Assembly (NCBI GenBank): GCA_002269645.1
Contig: NIVC01000106.1
Location: 620,001 to 684,000, forward strand
Source: Macrostomum lignano
Lineage: Eukaryota
DNA: 64,000 nt
Reading direction: 5' to 3'
Shown: one piece after another, positions 56,865-64,000 of the stretch
Numbering within the stretch: the first letter of the stretch is position 1
Layout: every line of letters starts with the position of its first letter
Notes under the pieces: generated by a model
What the model was told of the DNA's origin: nothing
What the model saw: only the letters and a program-made list of their open reading frames with translations
Databases searched by the model: none
Position numbers and translations under genes: made by a program

Positions 56865-57270
56865 TATGAACATTGTCCATTCATGGCGATACAATGTCCA
56901 TCTATGGCGATACAATGTCCATTCATGGCGATGCAATGTCCATCTATGGCGATAAAATGTCCATTCATGGCGATACAATGTCTAGAATTTATAGCGATAC
57001 AATGTCCATTCATGGCGATACAATGTCTATTTATGGCGATACAATGTCCATTCATGGCGATACAATGTCTAGAATTTATAGCGATACAATGTCCATTCAT
57101 GGCGATACAATGTCTATTTATGGCGATACAATGTCCATTCATGGCGATACAATGTCTATAATTTATAGTGATACAATGTCCATTCATGGCGATACAATGT
57201 CTATAATTTATAGTGATACAATGTCCATTCATGGCGATACAATGTCCATTCATGGCGATACAATGTCCAT
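56865..57270. repeat. 21-bp minisatellite (ATGTCCATTCATGGCGATACA)n
   Basis: Seen directly; explains the MNGHCIA and IHGDTMS ORFs. Confidence 0.93.
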
Positions 57271-58079
57271 TTCGACGGCTACTAATAGGAAAATGTCCAC
57301 TGATGTCACCAGAATGTCCCCTCACGTGCGAAGCGTCTATAATTGGCACTATAAATGCCTATTTAATTAGGAAGCTAAAATGCCTAAAACACTTGCATAT
57401 TGGCAATCTGCAACCCGAGATTCCCAGTTTAAAGTTTACAATTTTATCAAATCCCCATAAAAATTTTTGACGCCCACAAGATCAAACTTTCCCTGCTCTT
57501 GTCGATGAACAATCTAGTCTAGAAAAGTAGGTAGGGAGTGGAAGTATGACACACCGGCAGTCAGCACAGCCATCAGACTATTTAGGGTGTCCTAACAAAA
57601 CAGCAGCAGTTTTAAAACAGTGAGTGGTAAAGCCGCATGAAGCAGAGAGGAGGGGTTGGGCCAGGGGGCCCGGGGTGGTCATAAAATCCATAATAAGCGT
57701 GTCGCCAAGGGCGCCGCCACTTGAAGAAGCGAGGAGAGAGAAGAGAGCGAGTGACTGAGCTTACAGCCGCCTCCATCAAATATATTATTATACACATGCA
57801 TTTTCGCACACTGCAGGAACTGGTTGACCACAACTGAGCAGTATAAAATGCAGTATATTGCTTGCTCACAGCGTCGGCACAATATTATTAGTGCCCAGTG
57901 CGATCATGTAAAAAATAAAAGCCACCCACCCACTAAAGGGATTTTTATCGCTTAATGACACGCCGGATTTATAAGCCGCTAACTTTATTAGACCACTTGA
58001 AGTTGACCGCCTAATTACTGGATTGTACCTGAGAAACACACGGGACTGCGAAACCATGCTGGGCTTTTTCATGAGTTCT

Positions 58080-59945
58080 TCCCCTCCCCTGTTCCTTCCG
58101 CTCCCTACCCCTCTGTTCCTTCTGCTCCCTCCCCTCTGTTCCTTCCGCTCCCTCCCCTCTGTTCCTTCTGCTCCATCCCCTCTGTTCCTTCCCCCCTCCC
58201 CTCTGTTCCTTCCGCTCCCTCCCCTCTGTTCCTTCCGCTCCCTCCCCTCTGTTCCTTCCGCTCCCTCCCCTCTGTTCCTTCTGCTCCATCCCCTCTGTTC
58301 CTTCCGCTCCCTCCCCTCTGTTCCTTCCGCTCCCTACCCCTCTGTTCCTTCTGCTCCCTCCCCTCTGTTCCTTCCGCTCCCTCCCCTCTGTTCCTTCTGC
58401 TCCATCCCCTCTGTTCCTTCCCCCTCCCTCTGTTCCTTCCGCTCCCTCCCCTCTGTTCCTTCCGCTCCCTCCCTCTGTTCCTTCCCCCTCCCTCTGTTCC
58501 TTCCGCTCCCTCCCCTCTGTTCCTTCCGCTCCATCCCCTCTGTTCCTTCCGCTCCCTCCCCTCTGTTCCTTCCGCTCCCTCCCCTCTGTTCCTTCCGCTC
58601 CCTCCCCTCTGTTCCTTCCGCTCCCTCCCCTCTGTTCCTTCCGCTCCCTCCCCTCTGTTCCTTCCGCTCCCTCCCCTCTGTTCCTTCCGCTCCCTCCCCT
58701 CTGTTCCTTCTGCTCCATCCCCTCTGTTCCTTCCGCTCCCTCCCCTCTGTTCCTTCCGCTCCCTACCCCTCTGTTCCTTCTGCTCCCTCCCCTCTGTTCC
58801 TTCCGCTCCCTCCCCTCTGTTCCTTCTGCTCCATCCCCTCTGTTCCTTCCCCCCTCCCCTCTGTTCCTTCCGCTCCCTCCCCTCTGTTCCTTCCGCTCCC
58901 TCCCCTCTGTTCCTTCCCCCCTCCCCTCTGTTCCTTCCGCTCCCTCCCCCCTGTTCCTTCCGCTCCATCCCCTCTGTTCCTTCCGCTCCCTCCCCTCTGT
59001 TCCTTCCGCTCCCTCCCCTCTGTTCCTTCCGCTCCCTCCCCTCTGTTCCTTCCGCTCCCTCCCCTCTGTTCCTTCCGCTCCCTCCCCTCTGTTCCTTCCG
59101 CTCCCTCCCCTCTGTTCCTTCCGCTCCCTCCCCTCCTTTCCTTTCCCCTCTCTCCCGTGTTCCTTCCGCTCCCTCCCCTATGTTCCTTCCGCTCCCTCCC
59201 CTCCGTTCCTTCCGCTCCCTCCCCTATGTTCCTTCCGCTCCCTCCTCTCTGTTCCTTCCGCTCCCTCCCCTCTGTTCCTTCCGCTCCCTCCCCTCTGTTC
59301 CTTCCGCTCCCTCCCTCCGTTCCTTCCGCTCCCTCCCCTCTGTTCCTTCCGCTCCCTACCCCTCTGTTCCTTCTGCTCCCTCCCCTCTGTTCCTTCCGCT
59401 CCCTCCCCTCTGTTCCTTCCGCTCCCTCCCCTCTGTTCCTTCCGCTCCCTCCCCTCTGTTCCTTCCGCTCCCTCCCCTCTGTTCCTTCCGCTCCCTCCCC
59501 TCTGTTCCTTCCGCTCCCTCCCCTCTGTTCCTTCCGCTCCCTCCCCTCTGTTCCTTCCGCTCCCTCCCCTCTGTTCCTTCCGCTCCCTCCCCTCTGTTCC
59601 TTCCGCTCCCTCCCCCTCCTTTCCTTTCCCCTCTCTCCCGTGTTCCTTCCGCTCCCTCCCCTATGTTCCTTCCGCTCCCTCCCCTCCGTTCCTTCCGCTC
59701 CCTCCCCTATGTTCCTTCCGCTCCCTCCTCTCTGTTCCTTCCGCTCCCTCCCCTCTGTTCCTTCCGCTCCCTCCCCTCTGTTCCTTCCGCTCCCTCCCCT
59801 CCGTTCCTTCCGCTCCCTCCCCCTCTGTTCCTTCCGCTCCCTCCCCTCTGTTCCTTCCGCTCCCTCCCCTATGTTCCTTCCGCTCCCTACTCCTCCTTTC
59901 CTTTCCCCTCTCTCCCGTGTTCCTTCCGCTCCCTCCCCTCCTTTT
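58080..59945. repeat. 23-bp polypyrimidine minisatellite (CCCTCCCCTCTGTTCCTTCCGCT)n, about 1.9 kb
   Basis: Seen directly; explains the 650-aa Pro/Ser/Leu ORF. Confidence 0.97.
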
Positions 59946-60312
59946 CGATTTGTTTACCGAAACGAAAAAAAGTAACGTTTGTTTGGAAAGAATGCCAACT
60001 GAATAATTAATGCCATAATTAGGAGTTTATATCGATAAAAATCAATCAAATCTGTATTAATATAATTTTAAATTTTTACAATAGTCGCATAGCAAAATAC
60101 GATTCACAATGGCACCATTGATTAATATTGAGATACAAAAAGCAGCATATAATACTGCTATTGAGAATTTATCTATTGGTACAAGATACTCGTAAAAAAA
60201 GATTAGATTCCTAAACTAGTAATTGGCACTACTGTAAGTAAGAAGCAGAAATTACAAGTAAATTGCAATCGTAAATGAATATTTTTTTGAAAAATCTTAA
60301 TAAATGAAATAA

Positions 60313-63300
60313 TCAAAATTTCACTACGGCCTCCTCTGCAGCCCCGAACAAAGACTTCAAATAGCGGTCGAACCGAACCAGCAGCTGCCAGGCGTCTCGC
60401 GACAAAGACGAGGATTCGCCGTTTGCTTCGATGACGCGAAAAGTCAGCAAATCCAATGTTGGTAGAGATTTTATTGACAAGCGTAGCTGGCAATTTGGGG
60501 CCATTTCAAATCCGTAGTGCCAGCATTCATTAGCCGTAGCATTAGCCAATTCATTAGCCGTAGTATTAGCCAATTCATTAGCCGTAGTATTAGCCAATTC
60601 ATTAGCCGTAGCATTAGCCAATTCATTAGCCGTAGCATTAGCCAATTCATTAGCCTGAGAATTAGCCAATTCATTAGCCCGAGAATTAGCCTGCTGGTTA
60701 GCCACCGACAGCCGGAACCGTTCCAGTCGACCAGCGGAAACAGCGGAACCAGGCGGGCACCGGATGAACGAAGCGCCGGGCAAATCCAGCGAGCACCAGC
60801 AACCGTTGCTAAGCACGCCCGACTCAACCGGCGTCCTTAGCAACGGGCGGAGTAGATCGGCTAAGCCCAGCCGGATCGAGCTCAGCTGAGCAGTCAGCGG
60901 GCGGCACTCTATCCCGGATGTGCAGTCGAGACGGATGGCCAGACGAAACGGCAGCGGCCGATGACAGGCAACGCGCAGACCGATGTTCACCTCAACGAGG
61001 CTTTCCGAGGCTGACTGATCCGACGGAGTCGGCAGTCGGAGCCGTGGCAGATGGACAGAGTCTACGGTTGCTATGCGGCTGGCTTCCCCGGCCAGATCGT
61101 CCTCGCTAGCAGCTTCCAAGCCTGCTGGCGTCGAGTCCGACAGGTCGGCGGTGTCAGGATGAGTGCTGAATGTCAGGTCCACGGCCAGCAGGTCGGATTC
61201 GTTGAGCAGCTCGGAGGTCCGACGGCACTGAGGCGGGGACGGTTAGAGGCAAACGATGAGTTAGAATGACTATAAATAGCCTTGAATGACCAATAATGAC
61301 CTGATTACATGGATCATACATGACCCAGAATGATCATAAATGACCCAGAATGATCATACATGTCACATAATGATCATAAATGACCCAGAATGATCATACA
61401 TGACCCAGAATGATCATACATGACCCAGAATGATCATACATGACCCAGAATGATCATACATGGCCCAGAATGATCATACATGACCCAGAATGATCATACA
61501 TGACCCAGAATGATCATACATGACCCAGAATGATCATACATGACCCAGAATAATCATACATGACCTAGAATGATTATACATGACCTAGAATGATTATACA
61601 TGACCCACAATGATCATACATGACCCAGAATGATCATACATGACCCAGAATGATCATACATGACCCAGAATGATCATAAATGACCCAGAATGATCATACA
61701 TGACCCAGAATGATCATAAATGACCCAGAATGATTATAAATGACCCAGAATGATCATACATGACCCAGAATGACCCAGAACCAGTTAGCAAGTCCTCACC
61801 GTCAGTCTAACGGGCACAATGAGCACAGTCTCAGCGTCACTGTTTGTCAATTCGCAATCCAAGCCAGACTGCTCAGTCAGCAGGTTGAGCTCAACAGGCG
61901 GCTCAGCCAGCAGTCGCATCTCTGGCATTGCCTGACTTGCTGTGGGCGCAGCAACCGCCAGACTAGTTCGAGTCCGATGACTCATAGCACCCGATTGATC
62001 GGTGATTACAAAGTTCTTCTGAGCAGCAGAATCCACTCCAACGGCGGTGGAGGACTCGAACACAATCGAAGCTAATTTCTGAGTAGGCATATAACTAGCC
62101 AGTGAGTAGTATAGCTGAGCTCGAGATCTCACATCGATATCAACGTACAGATCGAAGTCGCCAGGCCCAGCCCAGTGCGCCAGCACTCCGCACAGATTCG
62201 CCAACAAGCCGGCATCAGTTTGCAATCGATGCCAATGAGTTCGAAACACTGACCGACTCACGTCCAGAATGCGGTGGCCGCACAGCCAGAGGTTCGAATC
62301 TTCAATACTGGTAGCTGGGGGAGAGTTGTACTGATCGGAATTGATTGAGGCTAACTGAGCCAGGCAGTCTACGATTGGCTGAGGCGGTATCCGACTGTAC
62401 ATGGCTGCCCGGTTCAGGATGGTCATATAGCGGCCCAGGGACTGCCTGTCCGCCGCATTCTCAGCGCTGTTGATGGCTACCCAATCGCACAGCTCTGAGT
62501 AGGCCTTAATAATTGATTAATTGAGTAATTATTCATTTAGGGTGGTTAGGGCATCTGAGAGATTTAGAAAATTAGTGACTGATTTTTACGAGTGACAGAA
62601 TTTTATGAAGCCGAAAGTGACAGAATTTGATGAAGCCGAAAGTGACAGAATTTGGAGAAGCCGAGAGTGACAGAATTTGATGAAGCTGAGAGTGACAGAA
62701 TTTGAAGGAGCTGAGAGTGACAGAATTTGGAGAAGCCGAGAGTGACAGAATTTGATGAAGCTGAGAGTGACAGAATTTGAAGGAGCTGAGAGTGACAGAA
62801 TTTGGAGAAGCCGAGAGTGACAGAATTTGATGAAGCTGAGAGTGACAGAATTTGAAGGAGCTGAGAGTGACAGAATTTGAAGGAGCTGAGAGTGACAGAA
62901 TTTGAAGGAGCTGAGAGTGACAGAATTTGAAGGAGCTGAGAGTGACAGAATTTGATGAAGCTGAGAGTGAGAGAATTTGGAGAAGCCGAGAGTGACAGAA
63001 TTTGGAGAAGCCGAGAATGACAGAATTTGAAGGAGCTGAGAGTGACAGAATTTGAAGGAGCTGAGAGTGACAGAATTTGAAGGAGCTGAGAGTGACAGAA
63101 TTTGAAGGAGCTGAGAGTGACAGAATTTGATGAAGCTGAGAGTGACAGAATTTGGAGAAGCCGAGAGTGACAGAATTTGGAGAAGCCGAGAGTGACAGAA
63201 TTTGAAGGAGCTGAGAGTGACAGAATTTGATGAAGCTGAGAGTGACAGAATTCGGAGAAGCTGAGAGTGACCAGAATTTGATGAAGCCGAAAGTGACAGA

Positions 63301-63750
63301 ATTTTATGAGGCTGAGATTAACAAAATTTGATGAAGCCGAAAGTGACAGAATTCGGAGAAGCCGAGAGTGACAGAATTTGATGAAGCCGAAAGTGACAGA
63401 ATAACTGAATAAGGCAATTTGAATGACAAAGGAATGCAGTTTCAATGAAGCAGAGTGACAAAAAAGCCAGTGTAGACTGCCGCTCACCTGATAGGGCAAA
63501 TCCGAGTCTGGAAAGTCCTGAGTGACGCTGTCCAGAAAGTCCAACAGATGCTCTGCAAACGCCAGGTTGGCATTGATCATGCTGATGAGCATCTGCCGAA
63601 TATCGTCGCCTAGCACACTGGCGTGGTGTCTGGCAAACACTGCGTACAGGCTGGCAAAGAACGCCACGGCGTGTCGGCCCCGACCGCCAGATTTCTGAGC
63701 TGGCCGGCTGAGACTGACCAGAGTGCCCATCAGGCAGGCTGAGGCCTCGT
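60313..63750 (-). CDS. AP5B1: AP-5 adaptor complex beta-1 subunit-like, 3' part (5' end beyond or at the window edge)
   Basis: Exons (-): 63750-63488, about 62504-61800 (acceptor uncertain, 62504 or 62492), 61227-60313. DIDVRSRAQLYYSLASYMPTQKLASIV matches the AP5B1 D.D.RD.AR.YY.LL..L...KL pattern, and the C-terminal DAWQLLVRFDRYLKSL resembles the AP5B1 end (from memory). Confidence 0.72.
60530..60690. repeat. 24-bp repeat (ATTAGCCAATTCATTAGCCGTAGC)n inside the last AP5B1 exon, encoding (ANELANAT)n
   Basis: About 6 in-frame, stop-free copies. Confidence 0.9.
61305..61780. repeat. 20-bp minisatellite (ATGACCCAGAATGATCATAC)n in an AP5B1 intron
   Basis: Seen directly; fills most of intron 61228-61799. 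Confidence 0.95.
62590..63410. repeat. 25-bp minisatellite (GCTGAGAGTGACAGAATTTGAAGGA)n in an AP5B1 intron
   Basis: Seen directly; fills most of intron 62505-63487. Confidence 0.95.
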
Positions 63751-64000
63751 CTGCGGGTTGGATTGAAGGGATCGGGTTTTGTTTTATACAGTCATCGGCG
63801 CCTCGAAACTGAAGTTCAGACTGGCGTCATGGCAACGGAGGTTTGATGCTAAGGCGACGCTCTCTCGGTAGATTCTCTTTGTCTCCCTTCCTGCCTCCCT
63901 TCTCTTGTCTCCCTCTCTCTCACTCCCCTGCCTCCCTCTCTCTCTCTCTTGCCTCCCTCTTTCTCTCCTGTCTTCCTCTTTCTCTCTTGTCTCCCTCTCC

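Noticed and set aside
58011-60010. 650-aa Pro/Ser/Leu ORF and antisense Gly/Glu/Arg ORFs
   Set aside because: Products of a stop-free 23-bp repeat. The same applies to ORFs at 2494-3077, 17083, 44586-45148, 48379, 50927, 54082, 55205, 56015 and 56864.
62603-63487. Repeat-rich C-terminal half of the 375-aa ORF
   Set aside because: A strong CAG|GTGAGC donor at 63487 precedes it and the region is a 25-bp intronic array.

Overview
Eukaryotic, intron-rich animal DNA, most likely from a Macrostomum-type free-living flatworm (inferred from a spliced-leader match recalled from memory). It is not prokaryotic and contains no CRISPR array. Eight spliced host genes can be assembled by hand with GT-AG sites and consistent phases: LMAN1/ERGIC-53 (-), a melatonin-receptor-like class A GPCR (-), three paralogous secreted F-type-lectin + PAN/apple genes (+, -, +), a divergent double F5/8-like secreted gene (-), a five-exon Wnt (-) and the 3' part of an AP5B1-like gene (-). 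Mobile DNA comprises a decayed mariner, an Ngaro-type tyrosine-recombinase retrotransposon inside a lectin intron, a decayed RTE-like LINE with a young non-autonomous LTR element nested in its RT, two tRNA-derived SINE families, a Tc1-type and a hAT-type MITE, and more than 20 mini/microsatellite arrays. The top lead is that the LINE begins with a 32-nt sequence matching the Macrostomum spliced leader (28/32 to the SL as I recall it), suggesting retrotransposition of an SL trans-spliced RNA. Other leads are gene-conversion tracts and binding-loop divergence in the lectin cluster, an in-frame minisatellite inside an AP5B1 exon, and minisatellites that expanded inside small transposons. All coordinates were read by eye. 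Repeat boundaries are approximate, and no database search was possible.
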